IMG/VR virus record: IMGVR_UViG_3300030107_007542
Location: 129,779-193,778 of that record
Origin: a virus
Direction: 5' to 3' (one strand)
Length of the DNA: 64,000 bases
The number at the start of each line of letters is the position of its first letter. Within the stretch, counting starts at the first letter, position 1. Below, in pieces: positions 53,112 through 62,223 of this stretch. The position numbers and the translations under genes were made by a program. Below the pieces are notes generated by a model. It was not told the origin of the DNA. It made no database searches and saw only the letters and a program-made list of their open reading frames with translations.

Positions 53112-53957
53112 TCAGTCCCTCAATCCCCCCCTTCTCGGTGCGGCTGCTCCGGGGAAGGCTTTAATGGTTGCCGGGGGCAATGGCACCTCAGCGGTTATGA
53201 TCCTACTTTTTAAAACTTCATGGTCAATCTGACTAACGGGTGCAATCCAAACAATCTCTTCCAGGGGTACCCGCAACCCAAACCCAAAGCGGCCCACATC
53301 AATACCCGACACACAACCGACGTAGCGACCATGCTGGTCGAACACTCCAGAGCCGGATGATCCAAACCAGGCAAACATGTTACTAACAACCATGTTGTGC
53401 TTTAGAGACGCGATGTATCCTCGAATAGTAAGGAGGTCGTGGTGTGAAGGAAACCCTGTGTAGGTAAGATCCGTCCCGATCAAGCGCTCATCATAGCGGC
53501 CCTGTGGACGGTAGCGAATAGCCGTGCGAGTTTCCATCTCAGGCACGACTAGAAATGCGAGATCTACATCCTGGTCTACAAAAATAACCTTGCCTATGAC
53601 CGTCTCGCCGTCTCGACCATCGATAGCCATCGTGCTCTCGCTCCGGACAACGTGAGCAGCCGTGGCGACAACGCGACGGCCATAGGCGACCATGTAGGTT
53701 CCCGAACCGTGACCGCCTTCCAAAAGTGAGCGCACTTTTACGGCAGCCTTACGGGCTCGCTGTTCTGATAATGTAAGATTGGGTACGTCGAATACTTCAA
53801 AAACTTCCCCAAGAACGCTCTTGACTTCGACGGTTTGTTGTGTGTGAATGATGTCCAGGTCAACTTCGCTGGACGATGATGCAGGCAATACAGGGCTATT
53901 ACAACTTACTAAAAGTAAAGAAGCCAGTACTATAAAGTTTTTACTCCACCTTGGCAC
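53112..53957 (-). CDS. Trypsin-like serine protease lipoprotein
   Basis: Lipobox LVSC; GSG, TAAHVV, DLAFL, GSSGSG. Confidence 0.88.
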   Translation of the reverse strand: MPRWSKNFIVLASLLLVSCNSPVLPASSSSEVDLDIIHTQQTVEVKSVLGEVFEVFDVPNLTLSEQRARKAAVKVRSLLEGGHGSGTYMVAYGRRVVATAAHVVRSESTMAIDGRDGETVIGKVIFVDQDVDLAFLVVPEMETRTAIRYRPQGRYDERLIGTDLTYTGFPSHHDLLTIRGYIASLKHNMVVSNMFAWFGSSGSGVFDQHGRYVGCVSGIDVGRFGFGLRVPLEEIVWIAPVSQIDHEVLKSRIITAEVPLPPATIKAFPGAAAPRRGGLRD

Positions 53958-54131
53958 GAATTCTCCTCCGTGTTAGGCTATTTCATCACTATCTCAACGT
54001 ATATTTACCTGCAAACTCCTTATGGGACGCAAAATTTAGCATACTACCTGAGTCCTTTCTAACCCATTAATCTATAAGTAACTAGAAGGCCAAAGAGCTT
54101 TGACGGGTAGAGGGATGATTTTATTCTGTTT

Positions 54132-55778
54132 TTATTGAATTATTTTGGACCAGCGCTGTATAATGCGCTGCTCTTGGAGGGGGAGATCCATCTGTCCTGA
54201 GCGGTCTCGCTCTTCCTCTGCGTCGATCTCTCCCGCCAGGTCACGGTAAACGCCGTACTCCTCTAGTCTCTTCTGGACTCTCTCGTGGAACCCGTTATAA
54301 TCGAACTCTTGCTCTGGGGACGCGGCGGTGGTACTTACCAGCAATGCCGAGACATCCTGCATCTCGTCCAAGAACACGGTGAGGCGCCCTAGTTCAGCCT
54401 TCACCTCTTCTGCGTCCTCGGTGTCGGTGGGTTCAAAGTTGTCTTCCCAAACCATCTCGACGCGGATCATCGCTGCTTGTGAATCCTGCACGCCCTTTGC
54501 AAATACATCGACGGTGGTAATGCGAGGGTTAGGATAGAGAGTGTCGTCGGCAATGCTCTGTGCATCCTGCCGGATCTCCCAGCGCAAGCGGTTGGTGTCT
54601 TCGTCTACAATGATATCCTTGACCGGCCAGAAGGCTTGGTGGAGCACTTTAAAGTTCACGGATTCATCCCCTAGCGAGGGCCAATCAACTTCCTGAGATG
54701 TTTGACTGTCCGACTCCATCGTGGGGGCGAACTGCTCCAGTAACTCGGTGGCTTCATCAACCCATGAGTCCTCGAACTTAACATCTGGATGCTTCTCTTT
54801 GAGATATTCACGCATCTCAAAGAAGCCTACACCGTCGGAACTATGCATTCCTGTTTCCAGGATTCTCTTTACATCTGCATTCTCAATGAACCAATCAATA
54901 TAGGTCCAGAGGTCTTTCTTTGGTGCCTCGTTAGCTTTCCCTTTGATCTGATAGACGTTGCGATCTTCGTCCATCTCTAGGGTGACCATCGGTTTGATCT
55001 CGCGACGCTTCTCTCCGCTGCGAAGGGAATAGAGTTGCCCTCGATCGCCTCGACCACAGTGTCCCATCTTCTTTCCTTCAAAGTCGCATGCGTGGCTCTG
55101 GATGTCGTACCAGAAGTATCCGTTATCAAAGGTGTGGAGCACTTGGTCTTCTGCTTTCGCGGGGTTGGCCAAAGTATCTTTGGCTATTTGGCTAGCAATA
55201 CGGAGTGCTCGATCTGGCTCTTGGCGGGCTGCGACAATCTCTTCGCGGAGTTCATCGTAGAAGGCAGGATCTTCAGCCAGCAGCTGCATAATGGGAACAA
55301 AGTATCCCTTCAGTGCTCGAACCCCCTGGACTGTTCTGTATTCTAAATACGAATCTAATTGTTTAATCATGGCGTCGGGGGCGCGGCGCTTTGTCAGCAT
55401 CTTCCGGGCGCTCTTCCTCAGAGCTTTGAGGTCCCCAAGACTGGGGAGCCCTCGATGGCCCGTGTGATCGATATACCACTCATTGAAGAAGCCAACGGCA
55501 TTAGCCCAATCTTCCTCTGCTTCGGGAGTGGCTGGCCAGTTGCCGCGGCCGATGATATCTTCAATGATCGTCTTGTGCACGCCGGGGTCATAGAGGTTTC
55601 GACTCTTCATCGCTTTGATAAGAGTACCAATCCAAGTCAGTTGCTTGTTGGTGACGGGTCCGTAGTGTTCGTTAGTTCCGCGCAGATACTTTGCAACTTC
55701 AGGAGGAAGACCGATATCCTCGATCCCCTCCTGAAGCACATAGTCTTTCCATTTATTTGATTGACGCAGATACATCAA
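54132..55778 (-). CDS. Large protein with a PcfJ-like domain
   Basis: EGKKMGHCG...LYSLR...PMVTLE...YQIKGKANEAP. Confidence 0.6.
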   Translation of the reverse strand: MMYLRQSNKWKDYVLQEGIEDIGLPPEVAKYLRGTNEHYGPVTNKQLTWIGTLIKAMKSRNLYDPGVHKTIIEDIIGRGNWPATPEAEEDWANAVGFFNEWYIDHTGHRGLPSLGDLKALRKSARKMLTKRRAPDAMIKQLDSYLEYRTVQGVRALKGYFVPIMQLLAEDPAFYDELREEIVAARQEPDRALRIASQIAKDTLANPAKAEDQVLHTFDNGYFWYDIQSHACDFEGKKMGHCGRGDRGQLYSLRSGEKRREIKPMVTLEMDEDRNVYQIKGKANEAPKKDLWTYIDWFIENADVKRILETGMHSSDGVGFFEMREYLKEKHPDVKFEDSWVDEATELLEQFAPTMESDSQTSQEVDWPSLGDESVNFKVLHQAFWPVKDIIVDEDTNRLRWEIRQDAQSIADDTLYPNPRITTVDVFAKGVQDSQAAMIRVEMVWEDNFEPTDTEDAEEVKAELGRLTVFLDEMQDVSALLVSTTAASPEQEFDYNGFHERVQKRLEEYGVYRDLAGEIDAEEERDRSGQMDLPLQEQRIIQRWSKIIQ

Positions 55779-55797
55779 CTATAAATAGTTGTGTAAT

Positions 55798-56208
55798 TTA
55801 CTTAATGTCAATTTCAATGGAGTTGGACACAGGGGCTTCGCGGGGAACGAAGAGGGAAAGAATGCCCTGCTTGTAGTCGGCGCGGATGGAGGTCGGGTCC
55901 ACATCAGACGGGAGCTTCCAAAACCGGGTGAACGAACGATAATAAACTCGCTCGGTCTTATCAGTATTCTCGTTATCATAAGAAACATGAAGCTGGTTGT
56001 TTTCAACCTTCACACTCATGTCGCTCTTGTCGAGACCCGGAGCAACGATATCAATACGATACTCCTCATCAGTGGTGGACACGTTAGTGCGCACCGAATA
56101 ATCATCAATCACAGCCGAGGTGGGTGTGCTGAAAAAGTCCTCACCGAACAGGGTGTCGATCAGGTTGCGCTGGTTTCGCAGCAGGTTGTTACTAAGAACG
56201 GGGTACAT
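55798..56208 (-). CDS. Small heat-shock protein (Hsp20/alpha-crystallin)
   Basis: APGLDK.D..VKVENNQL, RSFTR.WKLP.DVD, A.YKQGIL. Confidence 0.92.
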   Translation of the reverse strand: MYPVLSNNLLRNQRNLIDTLFGEDFFSTPTSAVIDDYSVRTNVSTTDEEYRIDIVAPGLDKSDMSVKVENNQLHVSYDNENTDKTERVYYRSFTRFWKLPSDVDPTSIRADYKQGILSLFVPREAPVSNSIEIDIK

Positions 56209-56250
56209 ATTTTTCTCCTTAAATGGTAAGCTGTACCGCTTACAATGTGT

Positions 56251-56278
56251 ATTATAACACCGGAGATTTACTTGTCAA
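56251..56278 (-). promoter_or_regulatory. Promoter of hsp20
   Basis: TTGACA-16-(TGT)TATAAT, extended -10. Confidence 0.6.
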
Positions 56279-56282
56279 GTAA

Positions 56283-56684
56283 TTATTTTTCGCTTTGTGG
56301 CCAGCTAGAAGGAAGTTGGGTGATGCGACGATAGTCATCTTCTAGGCGAACCGAATCTTGAGGGCCAGCGTCCGACAACTCAAGCAACACAACAGGGCCT
56401 TCGTCAGCACAAAAACGATGAATGGTATTACAATCCAAAAAATAAGCCTCGGGGGCCTGGAGTTGTACTACCTCTACCTCTCCTCCATGAGTATGAGGTC
56501 CAACCTCTAGAGTGAGTGCGCCTTCCAAAATACGAATACGATGGCGTTTTACTTTATGATACTTCCGGGAAAGACGATGCCCTCCCTTAATGGTGAGAAT
56601 CTTGCCGACGCTATGGTGGTTCTCAGCCCACACCTCCTCCGTGCCCCATGGCTTTATCCTAACGCGTGTTGATTTTTGTCCCAT
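56283..56684 (-). CDS. Cupin (mannose-6-phosphate isomerase type II C-terminal-like)
   Basis: KPWG.EE, LSRKYH, IHRF, ELS...D.VRLED. Confidence 0.7.
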   Translation of the reverse strand: MGQKSTRVRIKPWGTEEVWAENHHSVGKILTIKGGHRLSRKYHKVKRHRIRILEGALTLEVGPHTHGGEVEVVQLQAPEAYFLDCNTIHRFCADEGPVVLLELSDAGPQDSVRLEDDYRRITQLPSSWPQSEK

Positions 56685-56690
56685 TCTCTT

Positions 56691-56999
56691 CTAACCTTTC
56701 AATAGGGTTCCTTTTTCATGACTCAGTTTTTTGGCCACTGTGTTCAAATCTCCCACCACCACATATACTTCCTGTACGCCGCCGGTAAGCGTTGTAACAG
56801 CTGTGAACTCATGTTGCTCATTTAATTGTGAAGGGAGTTGACCTTCGCTGAGGAGACGATCATAACCCGTTGCCCGCCTCAGATTAACAACATGTGTTTC
56901 ATTAATCCACAACTCCTCTAGTGTAAAGCGCGGGGAAGCGGTGCGTTCGTGACGATAATTAAATTCTGTACCATTTACTACTTCTATAAGTCTTACCAT
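56691..56999 (-). CDS. Hypothetical protein
   Basis: ORF track. Confidence 0.55.
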   Translation of the reverse strand: MVRLIEVVNGTEFNYRHERTASPRFTLEELWINETHVVNLRRATGYDRLLSEGQLPSQLNEQHEFTAVTTLTGGVQEVYVVVGDLNTVAKKLSHEKGTLLKG

Positions 57000-57008
57000 G
57001 ATATATCC

Positions 57009-57251
57009 TTACTGTTCGATGGGATAGAGGTGATCATTGCGTACGGCCCAAAAGGCGCCGTCGCACAGCACGCGAGTATAAGAACCCGCAGACGAAACCT
57101 CAGTAATAACCCCCACCTTGGGGCCCTGAGTTACCTCAACCCGCAGAGGGATAGTGAGCTGAGGATCATCTGTGATGGCTTGATCACAATCTATAAGTTC
57201 AACTGCTTGTGGAATGTGGACCAAGTCGCCCACCTGACAACGAGATGTCAT
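57009..57251 (-). CDS. SH3/KOW-like microprotein
   Basis: QVGDLVHI...VGVIT. Confidence 0.6.
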   Translation of the reverse strand: MTSRCQVGDLVHIPQAVELIDCDQAITDDPQLTIPLRVEVTQGPKVGVITEVSSAGSYTRVLCDGAFWAVRNDHLYPIEQ

Positions 57252-57550
57252 TCTTCGGGGCTCTCTGCTGCGGCTTCTTCAACCTCAGCACTGGCTGCAT
57301 ACCCCTCAAGCCAGCGAGTCATTTCGTGAAGGCGCACGTCCACCTTAAGGAGTGCGCGCCGAAACTTGGCGATCTTATCCAGAAGTGCCGCGGTATCAAC
57401 CTCGTCGTCCTCTGTGTTCTCTAGGTCTCGTTGGATGGCTTGAAATAAGTCTACCATCACCTGCAAATCCGGGCCGCGGTGGCCAAGGAGCTTAGAAAGC
57501 TCCGGATGAAAATCTTCCTCGTCAATTGTGAATGTTAACGAAACTGTCAT
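57248..57550 (-). CDS. Hypothetical protein
   Basis: ORF track. Confidence 0.55.
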   Translation of the reverse strand: MTVSLTFTIDEEDFHPELSKLLGHRGPDLQVMVDLFQAIQRDLENTEDDEVDTAALLDKIAKFRRALLKVDVRLHEMTRWLEGYAASAEVEEAAAESPEE

Positions 57551-57568
57551 TTTACTCTTCCTTTTCTA

Positions 57569-57862
57569 CTAAAATAGGGACGCCCACACCGTTTGAACCA
57601 ATAGACCAAGAGTGGATACGACGACGACCCACAAAACTTTAGTGTTGGTATCTTTCCACCTCTCGACTGCTTGTAAACGATTATCTAACTCCCTCAATCG
57701 AGCATACAAGCCCTGATCAGGATTGTATACTGCTTCTTTAATTTTTGCAATGTTCTCGGCTAACTCTTCCTGCTTGTCTAAGATTATCTGCATTTTAGCA
57801 GATATCTCAGCCATCATTAAAGCTAATTTCCCTTCTTCGTCCATGGGGGCGCCCTCCGACAT
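57569..57862 (-). CDS. Coiled-coil protein with a C-terminal TM helix
   Basis: Heptads, then VLWVVVVSTLGLLV. Confidence 0.55.
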   Translation of the reverse strand: MSEGAPMDEEGKLALMMAEISAKMQIILDKQEELAENIAKIKEAVYNPDQGLYARLRELDNRLQAVERWKDTNTKVLWVVVVSTLGLLVQTVWASLF

Positions 57863-57874
57863 TTCTAAATAGCC

Positions 57875-59446
57875 TTAAATTTCTATAATTGCATGTGAAG
57901 TGGTAATTAAAGTGCCCGCCGCTGATGCAGCATTTTGGAGAGCAGTCCTCGTTACCTTCAAAGGATCAATGATTCCAGCTTCATACATATCTACCATGCA
58001 AAAGTCTCGAAAATTGTGGCCGCAATTTTCTTCGGCGTTTCGGATTTGAGACTCAATAAGATCTGGGGACAGGCCACAGTTCGTCGCCATCTGTCGCAGG
58101 GGCGCAGCAGAAGCTGCCTGCACAATATCCACCCCATACTGCTGATCCTCATTCTCCACCGTCACATTAAGACTTTCACTAGCTCGGAGTAGGGCGACAC
58201 CTCCGCCTGGAAGGGTACCCTCCTGTTGTGCCGACCGGACGGCTTCCAAAGCATCTTCAATGCGGTGCTTCTTTTCAATCATTTCCACATCCGTTGCGGC
58301 GCCGACGTTAATGACTGCAACACCAGCGGCCAACTTGGTAATCCGCTCTTGAATCTTGTCGCAATCATGAAGCTCTTCTGTGTTCTTTAGTTCTACCTTT
58401 AATAGTTCAATGCGACGATCGATTTCCTCCGCATCCCCCTTGCCGCCGATGACGGTTGTGTTAAACTTGGTAATGTCAATGGACCGGCACTGACCAAAGT
58501 GCTGCAACTTAACATCGCGCAATCGAATCGTAGAGTCACTTGAAATAAACTCTGCCCCTGTCGACAAAGCCAAGTCGGCAAGCATCTGCTTACGTCGTTC
58601 TCCATAGAAAGGAGCCTTGACGGCTGCGATCTTCATAGAGCCGCGCACGGTGTTCATGATAAGAGCAGCGAGAGCTTGACCCTCGATCTCTTCGGCTACA
58701 ATCACGAGCGGTCGTGCGTCTCTGGCAACCAGTTCTAGGGCCGGGAGAATCTGTTCAACACTGTCGATCTTTTGGTCTGTAATTAGAAGCAACGGGGCGT
58801 CATAGTGACAGGCTGCCCTCCGCTCATCAGTTACAAATGCGTTGGCTGCATAGCCAGCCTCTAAACGAAACCCCTCAATCACATCGAGGCTTGTATCTAC
58901 TACTTTAGATTCCTCAATTGTGATGGCGCCGTCTTTGCCAGCTTTATCAACAGCTGTTGCCACCAGCTTACCTATTGTAGCATCGTTGTTCGCTGAAATG
59001 GTGGCGATATTTTCAACATCATCAAGAGTCTCCACATGAGAGGCCATGTCCTTAAGATTATTAACAATTTCCTCCACAGCTAAATCAATGCCGCGCTTGA
59101 TTTCAACAGGCGAAGCACCAGCGGTGATGTACCGTTGGGACTGAACGATGATTTCGCGCGCCAAAACGGTAGCCGTGGTGGTGCCATCGCCGGCCATACT
59201 ATTGGTCTGAGCAGTCGCCTGCTTCAGAATCTGTGCGGCGGCGTTTTCAAATTCATCGTCTACATGAACGAATTCACTAACCGTTACACCATCCTTGGTA
59301 ATGATAGGGTCTTTGCCCTTCTGATGGAGAATAACATTTCGCCCCTTGGGGCCTAGGGTGGCTGCTACATTGTCAGCTAGAATGTTTACTCCGCGTAATA
59401 CTTTTGCATTTAATTCAGTACGAGACTCAAATTTACACTTGGGCAC
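57875..59446 (-). CDS. groEL: Chaperonin GroEL (phage-type, no GGM tail)
   Basis: TLGPKGRNV, ITKDGVTV, AGDGTTTAT, ERITKLAAGVAV, RIEDAL.A, GGGVAL, IIDPLKV. Confidence 0.97.
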   Translation of the reverse strand: MPKCKFESRTELNAKVLRGVNILADNVAATLGPKGRNVILHQKGKDPIITKDGVTVSEFVHVDDEFENAAAQILKQATAQTNSMAGDGTTTATVLAREIIVQSQRYITAGASPVEIKRGIDLAVEEIVNNLKDMASHVETLDDVENIATISANNDATIGKLVATAVDKAGKDGAITIEESKVVDTSLDVIEGFRLEAGYAANAFVTDERRAACHYDAPLLLITDQKIDSVEQILPALELVARDARPLVIVAEEIEGQALAALIMNTVRGSMKIAAVKAPFYGERRKQMLADLALSTGAEFISSDSTIRLRDVKLQHFGQCRSIDITKFNTTVIGGKGDAEEIDRRIELLKVELKNTEELHDCDKIQERITKLAAGVAVINVGAATDVEMIEKKHRIEDALEAVRSAQQEGTLPGGGVALLRASESLNVTVENEDQQYGVDIVQAASAAPLRQMATNCGLSPDLIESQIRNAEENCGHNFRDFCMVDMYEAGIIDPLKVTRTALQNAASAAGTLITTSHAIIEI

Positions 59447-59472
59447 ACGTCACCTCTCTTTCAGTTATGTTT

Positions 59473-59500
59473 ATTATAACACACAAGTTTGAAATGTCAA
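59473..59500 (-). promoter_or_regulatory. Promoter of groEL
   Basis: TTGACA-16-(TGT)TATAAT, extended -10. Confidence 0.6.
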
Positions 59501-59509
59501 ACTATTTTA

Positions 59510-61114
59510 TTATTCTTCGTGGATACGATGCCGCGGAGTCAGACGGATAGGTTCTTCACCACTGTAGGTGTCCTGATCGAAGGAATCAATAGTTCCGTCA
59601 TCATCAGAGTCCCTCAGGGAAGGTCCGATGCGAGCGTCAACAACTGTCTTAAGAGTTTCTGCATTCTCTATAGCATCCTTCCCGGCTGCGGATCGTTGCT
59701 TAACATCATTTTCTTTACACTCTTCTGAGGTGCCGCCGGGGTCGCCGCAATCAATTAAGAAAAACTTAGCTACATTCCCTACCAACGCACTTAAGGCATT
59801 AAACATCGCAGTTAAGTCGCCGCCAATTTGCTCGGCAGCTTTTTGAAATGCCCTCGTCATGAGCTTAGGCTCGATGCTGATCGTTCCCAGGTCCTCTGCC
59901 GTCTTTGCAATCGCTTCGTAAGATGCGCTGATTTCAAACTGCTTATTTTTGACATACCCTACTGCGCCTTTTGGCGCAAACTCCGGCTGCTGGCTGGACT
60001 TGCCTTGCGCCATCTTCCAGAACTCCTTCATCGTACCGTTCTGCAAAGCCTCTTGCCACAGGCTATACCAAGCAGCATAAGTGTCAGGGTCGCCCCAAAG
60101 ATGTTCCGCATTCGCTGACAACTGAGCCCCCGGTCCTGCTGCAGCTGGAGCGTAAACTGCCTTCTGTACGACGACCTGCACCACGTCGCCGGCTGGGAGG
60201 CGGCCGCGAAGGGGATTACCCTCGGCGTCTAGGATTTGAGAAACCTTGGAGCCCGCAATGTATTCGCGCTGGGCCCACTCTTCCGTCTTCCGTAGGGCGT
60301 TTTTGAGCTTCCCCACTGCTATGTCTTGCGGCAATTCGTACGGCCACACATCCTCTTCGAATTCTTTAATTCGCTTGGGGTGTCCAATATACTCGAAAAA
60401 CGTTTCCTCTGAAATTGGGAACTGCATAAACTTCATCTCGGTTTTCACCTTCTCGTCGCCAAGCTTGCGAATCACCACATAAATCATAGATTGTCCAGGG
60501 TTCTTCGCGAAATGATCAACAAGATCGGTAAAGCTTCCGCCTACCTGGCCGTCCTCGCGCAAAATCTTCAGACTAACCCGCTGTGTCTCGCGGCCCGGGA
60601 TTTGGTCTAGCTTTACATCGGCAATATCCCCTTCCTCCGTGTGCACCTGGACAGATCTGCCTCCGAACATCGCCGCAAGGAACGGCTCCCACAAGAAACC
60701 GGCAACCGAAGCATTAAATTCTCTAAGCATGTATGAAAAAGTCTGGAGGAACATCGCGTACGATAAAGCCTCAGCAACAGTTCCCGAGCCAGCCGCGGAG
60801 TCAGGATCTTTAATCCATGTTTCAAGAAGCTTAATCTTGTCTCCTAAACTAGCGCCGCTGCCACCAATCTTAGACATCCATAGCTCGAAGATCTCGCGGT
60901 CGCGGCTTTCTTCATCAGCCGTGTACTGTCCCACGCTTTGCTCGGCAGGAACCAGAATAGGAAAGCGGAGTACCCTTTCTTCACGCTCCTTTGAAGGCGC
61001 TGGGCCGCGGGGGTTCTTCTCGCCCTCCAGTAAAAACTGCAGCACTTCATTTATTAGCCTACTGTTCTTGTCTTCTTTCTTGTAGAAGTTCTCTACCAAT
61101 GTATCAAGATTCAT
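59510..61114 (-). CDS. Large hypothetical protein with a possible PD-(D/E)XK-like core
   Basis: GFLWEPFLA...DIADV...VSLK. Confidence 0.5.
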   Translation of the reverse strand: MNLDTLVENFYKKEDKNSRLINEVLQFLLEGEKNPRGPAPSKEREERVLRFPILVPAEQSVGQYTADEESRDREIFELWMSKIGGSGASLGDKIKLLETWIKDPDSAAGSGTVAEALSYAMFLQTFSYMLREFNASVAGFLWEPFLAAMFGGRSVQVHTEEGDIADVKLDQIPGRETQRVSLKILREDGQVGGSFTDLVDHFAKNPGQSMIYVVIRKLGDEKVKTEMKFMQFPISEETFFEYIGHPKRIKEFEEDVWPYELPQDIAVGKLKNALRKTEEWAQREYIAGSKVSQILDAEGNPLRGRLPAGDVVQVVVQKAVYAPAAAGPGAQLSANAEHLWGDPDTYAAWYSLWQEALQNGTMKEFWKMAQGKSSQQPEFAPKGAVGYVKNKQFEISASYEAIAKTAEDLGTISIEPKLMTRAFQKAAEQIGGDLTAMFNALSALVGNVAKFFLIDCGDPGGTSEECKENDVKQRSAAGKDAIENAETLKTVVDARIGPSLRDSDDDGTIDSFDQDTYSGEEPIRLTPRHRIHEE

Positions 61115-61141
61115 GGGGTATCCTCGTAAAACTATTACTAA

Positions 61142-61756
61142 TTAGATGATTTCGTCAACAAAACCCATTTCTAATGCTTCCTCAGCAGAGAAATATTCAT
61201 CTGTGTTTTTAGAAAAGATATTGTAAATCTCTCCCACGGTCAGATTGGAGTTGTCGGCGAGCGCCTGTATCATCATCTCTTCGACTTGGGCGGCTTCTTT
61301 ATAAACTGTTTTTAAATTAGGGACGGGGCCCTGCTCGGCTGCAGAGCAGTGGTGAATCATGAGCCGGGTGTTTTTAGAAATGTATCTCTTACCAGGTGTG
61401 CCGGCAGAAAGCAAGACAACAGCGGCGGAAGACACTTTCCCAAAACCATAGGTGCGGATGTCTCGATTCTTTTTAACTATCCGCATCAAGTCATACACCG
61501 CGAACATGTCTCCGACGGATCCTCCGTTGGAAGAAATAAAGAACTCAATGTCATCATCATCTTCAAACTCCTCGGGATCAACATTAAGGATCCTACTATG
61601 GTTGGCTGTAATAAGGGCAAGAGATAACTCTTGCAACGCTCCTTCGTTTACGTCGCCACAGAGGCCCAACAGCGATGGGACTTCTTCGCCATCATATAGT
61701 GTCGAGCCCTCTTCCAATTCCTCCTCGTACTCCATCTCTTCATCTTCTTCACTCAT
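61142..61756 (-). CDS. clpP: ClpP-family protease subunit
   Basis: ISSNGGSV, GKVSSAA (Ser), LMIHH (His), DEYFSAEEALEMGFVDEI (Asp). Confidence 0.9.
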   Translation of the reverse strand: MSEEDEEMEYEEELEEGSTLYDGEEVPSLLGLCGDVNEGALQELSLALITANHSRILNVDPEEFEDDDDIEFFISSNGGSVGDMFAVYDLMRIVKKNRDIRTYGFGKVSSAAVVLLSAGTPGKRYISKNTRLMIHHCSAAEQGPVPNLKTVYKEAAQVEEMMIQALADNSNLTVGEIYNIFSKNTDEYFSAEEALEMGFVDEII

Positions 61757-62153
61757 TGTTGCCTCGTCTTTCTTGATCTAAAAATTTCATGGCACCCTTC
61801 CAATCATCAAAGGGCATCATGCTCCGGAAGTGCGGAGGAGCTTTACTCACTGTAGCTAGTATAACTGAGTCTTTCCAGTTTGTCAAGTTCTCCTCCCATA
61901 CTTCTTGGAAGTCTGCGATTTGTTTGTCCGTAAAGTCTGCCTCATGCATGGCCTTCACCTTCAAGGTATTTAAGAATTCTACATTCTCTAGAATGGTCAA
62001 ACACATCCATAGCAAATGGGCGATGACCTGTCGAAGGAGGCGCCACATGTGGATAATTTCAAAGAGGCGCCCCAGATAATAGGCGGCAAAGACACCACAA
62101 CTGAAACCAAGAACAACAAATATCATAAGTTCCTGTGTTGTTAGTTCAAGCAT
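61749..62153 (-). CDS. Hypothetical membrane-anchored protein
   Basis: N-terminal TM. Confidence 0.55.
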   Translation of the reverse strand: MLELTTQELMIFVVLGFSCGVFAAYYLGRLFEIIHMWRLLRQVIAHLLWMCLTILENVEFLNTLKVKAMHEADFTDKQIADFQEVWEENLTNWKDSVILATVSKAPPHFRSMMPFDDWKGAMKFLDQERRGNNE

Positions 62154-62163
62154 ACAAGCTCCA

Positions 62164-62194
62164 AATAGAAAAGGCCGTGATCTCTCACAGCCTT
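62164..62194 (-). terminator. Intrinsic terminator
   Basis: AAGGCTGTGA-GAGA-TCACGGCCTT followed by a T-rich tail. Confidence 0.7.
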
Positions 62195-62223
62195 ATTCTA
62201 TCAAATTAGAAATTCCTTGTCAA
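62195..62223 (-). promoter_or_regulatory. sigma70-type promoter
   Basis: TTGACA-17-TAGAAT. Confidence 0.6.
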
